Assembly (NCBI GenBank): GCA_020725105.1
Contig: DYFQ01000011.1
Coordinates: forward strand, 1,062 to 65,061
Direction: 5' to 3'
DNA length: 64,000 bases
DNA from: Symbiobacterium thermophilum
Lineage (GTDB): Bacteria; Bacillota; Sulfobacillia; DYFQ01
Notes under the pieces: model-generated
Told to the model about the DNA's origin: nothing
Seen by the model: the letters and a program-made list of their open reading frames with translations, nothing else
Database searches by the model: none
Translations under genes and position numbers: made by a program
Shown here: positions 33,170 to 41,985 of the stretch, piece after piece
Numbering within the stretch: the stretch's first letter is position 1
How the letters are laid out: each line of letters begins with the position of its first letter

Positions 33170-33226
33170 CGCTTGCGGGTTGTAAGGAAATCGGAAGGGC
33201 TGCAGGACCGGAAGGAAGGCCTCGGC

Positions 33227-33498
33227 ATGGGCCACGTACTCGTGAGGTTAAGCGGCAGAGGCCGGATTACGCAGTCGGGATACGGCGGCAGCTCACGCTC
33301 AAGGCCGGAGACTATCTGGCGGTGACGGTCGAGGGCGAGGAGGTCCGCCTCAGAAGGGTCGCGCCCATCCAACCGCTGTCCGATCAAGATCCGATCTGGT
33401 CACTCATCGGGGTCGGCGAGAGCGGCTATGCCGACGTGTCCGAGGCCCATGACCGTCACCTGGCGGAGACAGAGATGGATCGATGGCGAGAGTCCTGA
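33227..33498 (+). pseudogene. AbrB/SpoVT-fold VapB-like antitoxin with an apparent 1-nt frameshift
   Basis: My translation: ATG 33227 gives MGHVLVRLSGRGRITQ.., then the frame is lost. From 33274 another frame reads VGIRRQLTLKAGDYLAVTVEGEEVRLRRVAPIQPLSDQDPIWSLIGVGESGYADVSEAHDRHLAETEMDRWRES* (stop 33496-33498), overlapping the vapC start by 16 nt. The second frame has no start codon of its own upstream of 33319. Confidence 0.55.
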
Positions 33499-33881
33499 CC
33501 GATACCAGCGCCATCTACGCGTTGCTTGACCGGAGCGACGCGAACCACGGCCGGGCCCGGGCGATCCTTGAGGCCCTTCGCCAGGCCAGAGCTCAGGTCT
33601 TTCTGACCAACTTCATTGTAGCCGAGGCCCACGCCCTCCTGGCCGGCCGGTTGGGGCACCGGGTTGCCCGGCAGTGGCTGCGTGGCCTGGCATGGCCTGT
33701 CGAGCGTGCCACCGAGGCCGATGAGGCCCGCGCCAGCGACATCATCTATGCCCATGCGGATCAGACATGCTCCTACACCGATGCTGTAAGCTTCGCCGTC
33801 ATGGAGCGGCTCACCGTGTCCGAGGCGTACGCCTTTGACCGGCGTTTTCTCCGCTACGGTTTTCGGCTTGCGGGTGACTAG
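33483..33881 (+). CDS. vapC: PIN-domain toxin VapC
   Basis: VLTDTSAIYALLDRSDANH..FLTNFIVAEAHALL..SYTDAVSFAVMERLTVSEAYAFDRRF carries the four acidic PIN positions in the usual spacing. Confidence 0.85.
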   Translation: MARVLTDTSAIYALLDRSDANHGRARAILEALRQARAQVFLTNFIVAEAHALLAGRLGHRVARQWLRGLAWPVERATEADEARASDIIYAHADQTCSYTDAVSFAVMERLTVSEAYAFDRRFLRYGFRLAGD

Positions 33882-33959
33882 CCGCGACTGTGCACCTTCC
33901 CAGGACGAACCTGCTTCATGCCGCCCAGGGCGCCGACCTTTTAGGGCGGCATGCAGATT

Positions 33960-34400
33960 ACTCAGTATCCTGAGTAAAATCACTCAACGAGATGAGCAAT
34001 AGTATCGGCAGCGCGTCCCAGCACGCTTTCAGGCGTTGAAGACTTCCTCCTGACGCCGCCCGGACACTGGGTCCGCGACCGAGGCGGTATCCCTCCGCTG
34101 GTACTTCTCCAAACAGGCGCTGTTCGTCTTCAGGATAGAACCACCGCACGGCAGACCCTCCAGATGTTTCCGGTCCGGAACACCGAGAAGTCTCCGGCGT
34201 CGAGGGTGAACACCGTGGTCAGGCGTTCGCGTTCAGCCACTCGCCCGAGGCTGGCGTCGGCGCCGCGCCGTTTCCACGCAGCGTTCATGGTCCTGGTCGT
34301 CCCGGTGGACCAGGGCCCCTCCACGAGATCTCAGTTCGGGAATACCTGTTGCTTGATCCCAGCGGACCGTGCGATGGGCCATATAACCGCCGTTGGATGC
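33960..34400 (-). pseudogene. Multiply frameshifted PIN-toxin relic
   Basis: Minus-strand fragments in three frames: GALVHRDDQDHERCVE (N-terminal-like), RVAERERLTTVFTLDAGDFSVFR (C-terminal TLDxxDF motif) and ..VRWFYPED. A weak call. Confidence 0.3.
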
Positions 34401-34524
34401 TGCGAGAAAACCTGCCTGTTAGGACTGGCTGATGGGATCTCAGAATGCGTTCAACCTACCAGGTACCGGGCATCCAGGTGGCTGCCAGGCACGTGAAGAA
34501 CCTTAGCTTCCGGCCGGACTACGA

Positions 34525-34696
34525 CCGAGACCATTTTCGCCTGGCCGGGGGTGGGACGGCTGCTGGTGCAATCGGTACTCAGCCGGGACATCCCGGTGGT
34601 GCAGGCATCGGTCTTTGGCGTCGCCCTGTTCGTGGTGGCGGTTAACCTGGTCACCGACCTCACCTACGGCTGGCTGGACCCGCGGGTGAAACTCTA
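34525..34696 (+). pseudogene. 3' fragment of a peptide ABC permease (DppB/OppB-like)
   Basis: My translation: ETIFAWPGVGRLLVQSVLSRDIPVVQASVFGVALFVVAVNLVTDLTYGWLDPRVKL*, the conserved C-terminus only. Confidence 0.6.
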
Positions 34697-34716
34697 AGGC
34701 AGACGGGGGATGCGGC

Positions 34717-35108
34717 TTGGCAACAGCGGACGCGGTGCGGGAACTGCCGGCCGTGGAGGCGCGACCGCGCCGACGGCTCCGGCGCTACGTGGTCTACGGC
34801 TGGGTTCTCCAGCGTGCTGCTGGCGGGTACCCTGGGCACCATCATCGGCGTGGTGGGTGGCTACTGGGGCGGCGCCGTCGATCAGGTCGTAGTCTTCCTT
34901 TCGGACGTGCAGATGTCTTTTCCGTTCCTGTGCCTGGCGGTGGCCCTCGTGGCGGTGCTCGGACAGGGGCTTCTGAACATGGTTGTGGCCCTTGGCGTGG
35001 CCGGCTGGGTGCTTTATGCCCGGGTAGTGCGCATGGAGGCGTCCCTCAATTTCCTCGGGCTGGGCGTACCGCCCCCGCGACCGGTTCGACCCGCACATCA
35101 CCGACTGA
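34717..35108 (+). pseudogene. Internally deleted peptide ABC permease (DppC/OppC-like)
   Basis: LLAGTLGTIIGVVGGYWGGAVDQVVVFLSDVQMSFPFLCLAVALVAVLGQGLLNMVVALGVAGWVLYARVVR, then directly EASLNFLGLGVPPP, then in another frame RDRFDPHITD*. The N-terminal TM region and two internal blocks are missing. Confidence 0.55.
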
Positions 35109-35156
35109 GCGGCGCACGGCCGGCCGAGTCGCGCGCCCCGACGGGAGGCTTCCATC

Positions 35157-36470
35157 ATGCCATCGACTCAAGACGGGCTCACCTGGAACCGCCACCTCAC
35201 GGGCCTCCGCTGCATCCACTGCGGCCACCTGCACCAGGTAGGGCCCCTGACCGCCGGCTGCCCCCGGTGCCGGACACGGGAGTTCGTCGCCAACCTGTGG
35301 CTCGAGTACGACCTGGCCTCGCTCCGGCACGGCCTGCAACGGACAACCTTTACCGACCGGCGGGCGGGCCTGGCCGCGTACAACCCGTTGCTGCCGGTGG
35401 AGGACGCGTCCGGCGAGCTTTCACTGGCCGAAGGCAACACGCCGTTGCTACCCGCTCCCTACTTGCGGCGTGCCTTCAGCCAGGTCTGGCTCAAGGACGA
35501 GACCCGCAACCCCACCTTTTCCTACAAGGACCGGCTGTGCTATACCGCCGTGTCGGCGGGCGCGCTGTTGGGGCGCCGAGTCGCGTGTGTAGCTTCCTCC
35601 GGCAACCACGGAGCCGCCACCGCCGCCTATGCCCGGCGGGCGGGCATGGAGTGCGTCGTCATCGGGACCGGAACGCCGCTGCCCGTGATGGCCGCGCAGA
35701 TGCGCGCCTACGGGGCGAAGCTTGTCCGGGCCGAGGACACGGAGCGGTGGCGGGTGCTCCGCCGGTGCGTCGAGGAGTATGGCTGGTGGCCCACGGGCAA
35801 TTACACCTGGCCGCTGGCCAGTGGCAACCCGTTCGGGCCGGAAGGATACAAGACCATCGCCTACGAGGTCTGGCGCGATCTGGGCGAACGGGTCCCCGAC
35901 GTGGTGCTGGTCCCGGTAGCCCGTGGTGAGGGGCTGGCCGGGGTCTGGAAAGGATTTCTCGAACTGGCCGAACTGGGGCTCGCGGACCGCCTGCCGAGGA
36001 TGGTCGGCGTGGAGCCCGAGGCCGGCGGTCCGCTGGCGCGGGCCTGGCGGGCCGGGCGGGAGCTGACGGGGATGGAGATGCTCACGCCGGGCAGGACCGT
36101 GGCGGTATCCATCGGTGGCGGCGTTTCCAGTACCCAGGCGCTGCTAACGGTGCGGGACTCGGGTGGACATGCCCTCACCGTCAGTGACGAGGAGATCCTG
36201 GCGGCCCGCGCCCGACTGGCGGAGGAGGGGCTGCTGGTGGAGGCGGCAGCGGCCACGGCGGTGGCGGGGCTCAGCCGACTGGAACGGGAGGTGCCGGCCC
36301 TGGCGGCCGGCGTGGCAGCCGTCGTGCTGACCGGCTCGGGCCTGAAGGATGCCATCCCGCTGGCGGTGGATTTCGAGCCGGAGTCCGTGCCCGTAGTGAC
36401 GGCGGACGATTTCGCCCGGACGTTCCGGGATCGGTTCGGCGTTGATCCGTCAGAGCTGGGGGTCGGGTGA
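35157..36470 (+). CDS. Threonine-synthase-like PLP (fold type II) enzyme with N-terminal zinc ribbon
   Basis: CIHCGH..CPRC ribbon, EGNTPLL, WLKDETRNPTFSYKDR (PLP-Lys motif), ASSGNHGAA and TGSGLKD. Confidence 0.75.
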   Translation: MPSTQDGLTWNRHLTGLRCIHCGHLHQVGPLTAGCPRCRTREFVANLWLEYDLASLRHGLQRTTFTDRRAGLAAYNPLLPVEDASGELSLAEGNTPLLPAPYLRRAFSQVWLKDETRNPTFSYKDRLCYTAVSAGALLGRRVACVASSGNHGAATAAYARRAGMECVVIGTGTPLPVMAAQMRAYGAKLVRAEDTERWRVLRRCVEEYGWWPTGNYTWPLASGNPFGPEGYKTIAYEVWRDLGERVPDVVLVPVARGEGLAGVWKGFLELAELGLADRLPRMVGVEPEAGGPLARAWRAGRELTGMEMLTPGRTVAVSIGGGVSSTQALLTVRDSGGHALTVSDEEILAARARLAEEGLLVEAAAATAVAGLSRLEREVPALAAGVAAVVLTGSGLKDAIPLAVDFEPESVPVVTADDFARTFRDRFGVDPSELGVG

Positions 36471-36810
36471 GCCGTCGTCGCCGTTGCAGGCACCGTGGCG
36501 CCCGAACCGGGTTCGGGTGCTCGATAGAGGAGTTAGAAGGCGGAACTTCTGCCTGTGCCGCCGCGTCTATCCACCGGATCCGGGTTCTGGCGACGGGGGC
36601 CCCTCGACCGTGGAGTCGCTTAGCTAATCATGCAAGTGGCAAAAGCCCTGATAACCGCAGGAATTTTCGCCGATAATTTCTGTGCGGGCAGCAGGAATCC
36701 GAAACTGGATGGCGTATCTAGGCTCGCGAACGACAAAATCCCAGGTTTACCGCACCTTGACAACCAGCCGGCCGGCCGGGCAAGGCCCTCGGAGGCCCGT
36801 TTACCAGTCA

Positions 36811-36840
36811 TTGACGGCCCTGGAAAGCCGGTGCTATAAT
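36811..36840 (+). promoter_or_regulatory. Strong sigma-A promoter (extended -10) for the S-layer gene
   Basis: TTGACG (36811-36816), 18-nt spacer ending TGC, TATAAT (36835-36840). This implies a ~330-nt 5' UTR. Confidence 0.55.
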
Positions 36841-37017
36841 TGGCAGCGGCACTGCACCCAAAAGGGCCAGAGCAAGCGCAGGCGGGCGGGATCGGAGTTC
36901 CTGCCGAGCACCCACCTAAAGGGAATGGGTGTCCCGAAGATACTAGCGGCGGGACCACGGCAGGAGCATCGCGGCAGCAGAGAGAAAACCCACCGCCGCT
37001 TGAGAGCGAGGTCGAAG

Positions 37018-37052
37018 CCAGGGAAGGGAATTTCCGGCCTTCCTTGGTTTTT
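37018..37052 (+). promoter_or_regulatory. Terminator-like hairpin plus U-tract inside the S-layer 5' UTR
   Basis: CCAGGGAAGG (37018-27) pairs with CCTTCCTTGG (37038-47), 10 bp including one G-U, followed by TTTTT (37048-52). It sits 123 nt upstream of the start codon. Confidence 0.4.
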
Positions 37053-37174
37053 GTAAGAAACCACCAGCCCCAGGGGGTGATCAACGGGGAGCGAGGGAGA
37101 CCCACAAAGGCAACCGGAACCAAACACACACCTAGAACCAAGTTCCACCGCAGAGGCAAAGGAGGATTGAGGAC

Positions 37175-39277
37175 TTGAAGAAGCTGAGGAAGCTGTTCGC
37201 CGTCGCGACGGTGACAGCCATGCTCCTCACGCTCATGGCCAGCGGGGCCGCAGCTGCTACGGTAGCCGCGCCGGCGTTCCCCGACATTGCCGGAGTGGAT
37301 CACGCTGACGCGTTGACGCTTCTCAATCTCCGGGGAATCTACAAGGGCTATCCTGACGGCACGGCCGGTCCGGATCGGCCGATCACCCGCGCCGAGTTCG
37401 CGGCAGTGGTCGTGCGGGCACTCGGCAAGGAGACCCTCGCTAGCGCGTTCGCCTCGACCACCCCGACGTTCACCGACGCCGACGCGACTTGGGCGTGGGC
37501 GTGGGGCTACGTCAACGTGGCCACCAACGCCGGCATCATCCAGGGTTACCCCGACGGGACCTTCGGTCCCAGCCGGAACGTGACCCATGCCGAGGCGCTG
37601 GCCATGTTGATCCGGGCCATTGGCCACGAGGGTCTGGCCACCGGCATCTGGCCGATGAAGTACATTGCGTACGCGTACGACATGGGCCTCAATGCCGGGG
37701 TCGACATCATCGCCAACCTGCCGGCGACCCGCGCCGAGGTAGCCCGGCTCGCGGTCAACGCCATGCGAACAGGCATGTGGAAGGGCGCCAAGGACTCCCA
37801 GGGCAACCCGGTGTTCGTGGCCTCGCTGCTCGGCGACTACGAGAAGACCGGCACGGTCAGCAACGTTACCGGCACCACCATCACCCTGACGGGTGCTGGC
37901 GCCGGGACCTACAACCTGGCCAGCCAGGTGCAGCTGTTCGGTGTCGACCGCCTCGATGCGCTCGTCAACCTCAGCGTCAAGCTGGTCTTTGACAAGAAGA
38001 CCACCGCTACCGACCCGAAGGTTTCCTTCATCGAGGTAGTAACCGTAGCCAACACCCTGGCAGGCACGTTCGAGAAGTACGTGGCGCCGACCGCCACGGA
38101 CACGAACGCATACGTGCAACTGTCGGACGGCTCCAAGCACCCGCTGAAGCAGGGCACTGGGGGCGCCGTTACGGCTACGTTCTCGGTCAACCAGTCGGCT
38201 CCCGCGACCGTGGACATCGCGGCCGCGACCGGTCTCCGGGTTCAGAGGCTTGACTCCGTCGTCCTGACCTTCGACAGCGGCCGGGTGACCTTCATCAACG
38301 CCACTCGCGTTGACGCGAAGAACCTGATCGTGTCGTCCCGGGATACGACTGCTAAGACCGTGACGACGACCACCACGTACCCAGGCGTTACCGGCATCAC
38401 CTACGGGGTCTTCAACGTCGCTAACGCCGCCATAACCATCAACGGCGCGGCGGCCGCGTTGGCCGACCTGAAGGCCAACGATGTCGTGAACATCACCACC
38501 CAGGGCGCCGGTACGGTGGTAACCTCCGGCGGCGGCTCCTTCGTGACCTTGAAGGTCGAGGCCACGCGGAACACCGTCCAGGGAACGGTGACCCAGGTCG
38601 TTACGGCTAGCGACGGTACCCGGACGGTAACCGTCAAGCTGGCAGATGGTACGACCAAGGACGTTGTCCTGTTGAGCCAGGTGACCACTACTCCGTCCGT
38701 CAACACTGTGGTGAAGTACGGCCTCAACGCTGACGGCAAGGCTGCCGTGGCCATCGGCATCACCGATCCGGCGGCCGACTTCGTGAAGGTGACCAACAGC
38801 AGCAAGATCGTGGCGACGACGACGACCTACACGATCACGGTGGATCGCGGTGGCTCTGCGTACACCTACACGCTAGACAGCACGGTGTTCCCCAACGGCT
38901 ATACTGGTAGCCTGAACGTCGTCGGCAAGCTGCAGATCAGCGGGACCACCGGCAAGGTGACCGCTTTCGACACGGTGGCTGCGCTTGAGACCGCTGGCGC
39001 CTTGGCGAGTGCCTACGGCAAGGTGTACTCGGTCGACACGGCCAACAACGTGATCACCGTCGATCAGTGGAATGGCGCTGACTTCCTGAACTCCACTGGT
39101 CCGATCCGTGTAACTGCTACGGCCTTCGCCTCGTACACGGATAGCGACACTGCAGCCACGGTGGCGGTCGGGGCGTTCCGCGCGGTCAGCGACTACGCTG
39201 CCGGTGACAAGGTCCTGTACTACTGGGACACCACCACGAACAAGATCGTCTACATCCTGAGGCTTACCCCGCAGTAA
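37175..39277 (+). CDS. S-layer protein with three N-terminal SLH domains
   Basis: TTG start follows AAAGGAGGA. Signal peptide, then SLH repeats (FPDIAGVDHADALTLLNLRGIYKGYPDGTAGPDRPITRAEFAAVVVRAL; FTDADATWAWAWGYVNVATNAGIIQGYPDGTFGPSRNVTHAEALAMLIRAI; a third degenerate repeat). A long Thr/Val/Ala-rich beta-type C-terminal region follows. Confidence 0.9.
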   Translation: MKKLRKLFAVATVTAMLLTLMASGAAAATVAAPAFPDIAGVDHADALTLLNLRGIYKGYPDGTAGPDRPITRAEFAAVVVRALGKETLASAFASTTPTFTDADATWAWAWGYVNVATNAGIIQGYPDGTFGPSRNVTHAEALAMLIRAIGHEGLATGIWPMKYIAYAYDMGLNAGVDIIANLPATRAEVARLAVNAMRTGMWKGAKDSQGNPVFVASLLGDYEKTGTVSNVTGTTITLTGAGAGTYNLASQVQLFGVDRLDALVNLSVKLVFDKKTTATDPKVSFIEVVTVANTLAGTFEKYVAPTATDTNAYVQLSDGSKHPLKQGTGGAVTATFSVNQSAPATVDIAAATGLRVQRLDSVVLTFDSGRVTFINATRVDAKNLIVSSRDTTAKTVTTTTTYPGVTGITYGVFNVANAAITINGAAAALADLKANDVVNITTQGAGTVVTSGGGSFVTLKVEATRNTVQGTVTQVVTASDGTRTVTVKLADGTTKDVVLLSQVTTTPSVNTVVKYGLNADGKAAVAIGITDPAADFVKVTNSSKIVATTTTYTITVDRGGSAYTYTLDSTVFPNGYTGSLNVVGKLQISGTTGKVTAFDTVAALETAGALASAYGKVYSVDTANNVITVDQWNGADFLNSTGPIRVTATAFASYTDSDTAATVAVGAFRAVSDYAAGDKVLYYWDTTTNKIVYILRLTPQ

Positions 39278-39311
39278 CCCTGCAGGCCAGCCTCTAGCGT
39301 AGAGGATCGAG

Positions 39312-39347
39312 CCCGGGCGCCCATAACGGGCGCCCGGGTTTCTTCTT
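39312..39347 (+). terminator. Rho-independent terminator of the S-layer gene
   Basis: 11-bp all-GC-rich stem CCCGGGCGCCC / GGGCGCCCGGG with a 5-nt loop, followed by TTTCTTCTT. Confidence 0.8.
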
Positions 39348-39472
39348 CCGCCCTGAGGTCGTGCATGTGCTGGCGCGATCTACCTGTGGGGCAACCGAAG
39401 GAGGATGTCACAGCCCGCCAGAAGTGGTCATCCCGGGACCTTGGATATTGCGGGGGGCAAAGGGCGGCGCCT

Positions 39473-41824
39473 ATGACCCGAAGGAAGAAGCACGAGCGCA
39501 AGATGGCTTCAAAAAGGTCGATCCAGTCTACAGATCGAGCCTCTCTTCGCGGCGCTGGGAATAGGGTTGTAGACCTGACGATTGCCCTGGGCTTGGTCAC
39601 CCTCCTGGTTGCAGCGCCCTGGTTTCGCGGCCTCTACTTCATTGCCGAACAGCTAGTAACCACGATGGCCGTCAGCGTCTTGGTGATTGGCTGGGTTCTC
39701 GGTGTCAAGGGGCGCGATCGACCTGGGTTGACGTCATTGGAAGTGGGAGCTGGGCTGTTGGTCCTGGCTTTCATCATCTCGACTATCGTGGCTGTCAACC
39801 CGCGGGAAGCCGTCCAGGCTGTATTGCGACAGGCCGCGATGTTTGGCCTACTGACTGTAGGCGTCGGCCTTGCTCGATCACGGACTCTACCGCCGGGTAC
39901 CTGGCTGGCAGCTCTGAGCCTACCCCCGACCCTTACGGCCCTGCTCGGTGCTGCGGCGGCGGCGGGCGTCTTTCAGTACCGCGACGCCCTCCTGGGGTCA
40001 CGAATTGCCTCTACCCTGCAGTATCCGAACACCCTGGCCGCCTTCCTCACCGCCGGCGCCATTCTGGCTACCGCCCTGAGCGTAGCGTACCGCGATCGGC
40101 CAAGTGATCGTACCATCCGGTCGGTAGCATCCGCGGCTGCGGGATTGAATCTACTAGTGCTCATTCACACGCAGTCCCGCGGCGGCCTTCTGGTTCTACC
40201 CGTCGCCTTTGCTCTGTTTATCGCTATAGTTCCTCGCCAGGTACGTTTGAGGGCCACCCTCGCCGCAGGCACCGCGGTAGTTGCGGCACTGCTGGCCACT
40301 CCTCTAATGGGCAGGGGCATTGTCGAGAAAGAGCCCCAGATGGTTTTTTTGTCTCTCTTGATAACCGCTCTAGCCTCGGTGGCTTTCAACAGCCTGACCG
40401 ATTCCATAATGACTCGAGCCACGAAGCTGTCGATGCAGTCAGTTATTGTGGCAGTTGTGGTCCTCTTCATGGCCGCCGTGGCGGCCACGGCCCGCTTTGC
40501 CCCTACCGCGCTGGTCACGCGCCTCGCCCGAGTGGGCCTGGCGGAACGGAGCGTCCTTGAACGGCTGACGTGGGCTCGAGACGGGCTCGCCATCCTTCAG
40601 GATCACTTGCTCTTTGGCGTGGGCGGTGGGGGCTGGGCATCTCTCTACTTCCAGTATCAGCAGTTCGAGTATTGGACGTCTCAGGTTCACAACGACATTG
40701 TTCAGGTAGCACTTGAGACGGGCCTCATCGGGGTTGCCGCCTTCAGCTTCTTCTTAGTGGCGGTGGTCCGCGCCTTGAAGATTGAGCCTGAAGGCGTGAG
40801 CGATGACAGGCACCTGGCCGCCAAGGCCCTGTTGGCGGCGGGGCTCGCCATCATTCTGCATAGCGCCATCGACTTTAACCTCTCCTTGATGGCGATCGGT
40901 CTATTCACGTGGACCGCCCTCGGCGTGGGTTACGGACTTCTGATGCCTGGGACATCAGAGAGCAGCAGACGAGCGAGGGACTCGGTGGTTGCTCTGACAC
41001 TCTGGCATTTGATTCCTGCGCTCGTTGCCCTTGTCGCTGCGGGTACACTCCTGATCGCCGACAGGCATGGAGAGAAGGCGGTGAGCGCCTTAGAGCAAGG
41101 GGACCTCTCGGCTGGGCGAGAGCACTTTGAGGCTGCAATACGCTTTGACCCGTTACGGGCCTCTTACCGCATTGATCTGGCTCAGATCTACGGCAACGTT
41201 GCCCGACAGACCGGCGACGGCCAACTTCTCAGCGTCGCCTACCAGCAGGCGCGACGCGGCCTTGAACTGGACCCTCAGAACCCGAAAATCGTCGGCGCTT
41301 ATGGAGTTGTAGCGCTGCAGAACGGTTGGATCGACGAAGGGCTTTGGGCCTTTCGCCGAACACTTGACCTACACCCCTATTACATAGCAACGTATGAAAA
41401 TGCGGCCCGTGCCTTCATGACAGTGGCGCTGCACTTCCTGGAAACCGGCCGGAAGACCGAAGCTGCCGATCTTCTCACGGAAACCCAAGCCCTGCAGACA
41501 CGGCTTCAGGAGCGCAGCCAAAGCATTCCCCCTGACGCGCCCCGGTGGCGGCAACTAGTGAACAATAGCCCCGGCCTAGCTGTATGGGTTGGCCAGGCCA
41601 AGCTCCTGGCTGGTGATCCCGAAGGGGCACGTCGCGAGTTCGAAGTGGCACTCGGAGGGCCCCCAGGTATCAAGGCAGGGGCGCTGGCCGGCCTCGCCAT
41701 CCTGTCCGCTCTCGACGGAGATGAGACCAGGGCCAAGGAGTTGCGCGACGAGGCTCTTCGCTTGGACCCAAGAATTGAACCTGATTTCTTGCGACTTCAG
41801 GCACTTGTTCTCCCAGAACGTTAG
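39473..41824 (+). CDS. O-antigen-ligase-family (Wzy_C) polytopic membrane protein fused to C-terminal TPR repeats
   Basis: QSRGGLLVLPVAFALFIAIV and QVHNDIVQVALETGLIGVAAFSFFLVAVV (Wzy_C core), more than 10 TM segments, and a ~250-aa C-terminal TPR region (HFEAAIRFDPLRASYRIDLAQIY.., ARRGLELDPQNPK..). The start is ambiguous (39473 or 39503; the track start 39365 is unlikely). Confidence 0.8.
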   Translation: MTRRKKHERKMASKRSIQSTDRASLRGAGNRVVDLTIALGLVTLLVAAPWFRGLYFIAEQLVTTMAVSVLVIGWVLGVKGRDRPGLTSLEVGAGLLVLAFIISTIVAVNPREAVQAVLRQAAMFGLLTVGVGLARSRTLPPGTWLAALSLPPTLTALLGAAAAAGVFQYRDALLGSRIASTLQYPNTLAAFLTAGAILATALSVAYRDRPSDRTIRSVASAAAGLNLLVLIHTQSRGGLLVLPVAFALFIAIVPRQVRLRATLAAGTAVVAALLATPLMGRGIVEKEPQMVFLSLLITALASVAFNSLTDSIMTRATKLSMQSVIVAVVVLFMAAVAATARFAPTALVTRLARVGLAERSVLERLTWARDGLAILQDHLLFGVGGGGWASLYFQYQQFEYWTSQVHNDIVQVALETGLIGVAAFSFFLVAVVRALKIEPEGVSDDRHLAAKALLAAGLAIILHSAIDFNLSLMAIGLFTWTALGVGYGLLMPGTSESSRRARDSVVALTLWHLIPALVALVAAGTLLIADRHGEKAVSALEQGDLSAGREHFEAAIRFDPLRASYRIDLAQIYGNVARQTGDGQLLSVAYQQARRGLELDPQNPKIVGAYGVVALQNGWIDEGLWAFRRTLDLHPYYIATYENAARAFMTVALHFLETGRKTEAADLLTETQALQTRLQERSQSIPPDAPRWRQLVNNSPGLAVWVGQAKLLAGDPEGARREFEVALGGPPGIKAGALAGLAILSALDGDETRAKELRDEALRLDPRIEPDFLRLQALVLPER

Positions 41825-41985
41825 GCGGACTGAGTGTTCGCCGCGCCGCAACCTGGTGGCGGGGAAACGACAGGTTGTGAGCGATCCTGGCCACGAGGGT
41901 CGCGTGATAGGTGGTTGTTCCCTGCCCGAGATGCACACGAATCGCCGGGTAAGACGCGGAACCGCGAGGCCGGACCAAGTAGCTG

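Noticed and set aside
34814-35929. A 371-aa plus-strand ORF.
   Set aside because: It is a chimera. The first ~90 codons are the DppC-like relic. The remainder is an alternative frame running through the thrC-like gene (35157-36470), which carries the real PLP motifs.
36471-36640. Hairpins after the thrC-like gene (CGCCCGAACCGGGTTCGGGTG; GGCGG..CCGCC), considered as a terminator or small RNA.
   Set aside because: No U-tract follows, and there is no promoter or conservation information. Evidence is insufficient.
39397-39475. A possible 23-codon upstream ORF (ATG 39405) with GAAGGAGG, ending in an ATGA overlap with the ligase start at 39473.
   Set aside because: The SD-like sequence abuts the ATG with zero spacing, the peptide has no recognisable features, and the ligase start itself is ambiguous. 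I cannot support it from sequence alone.
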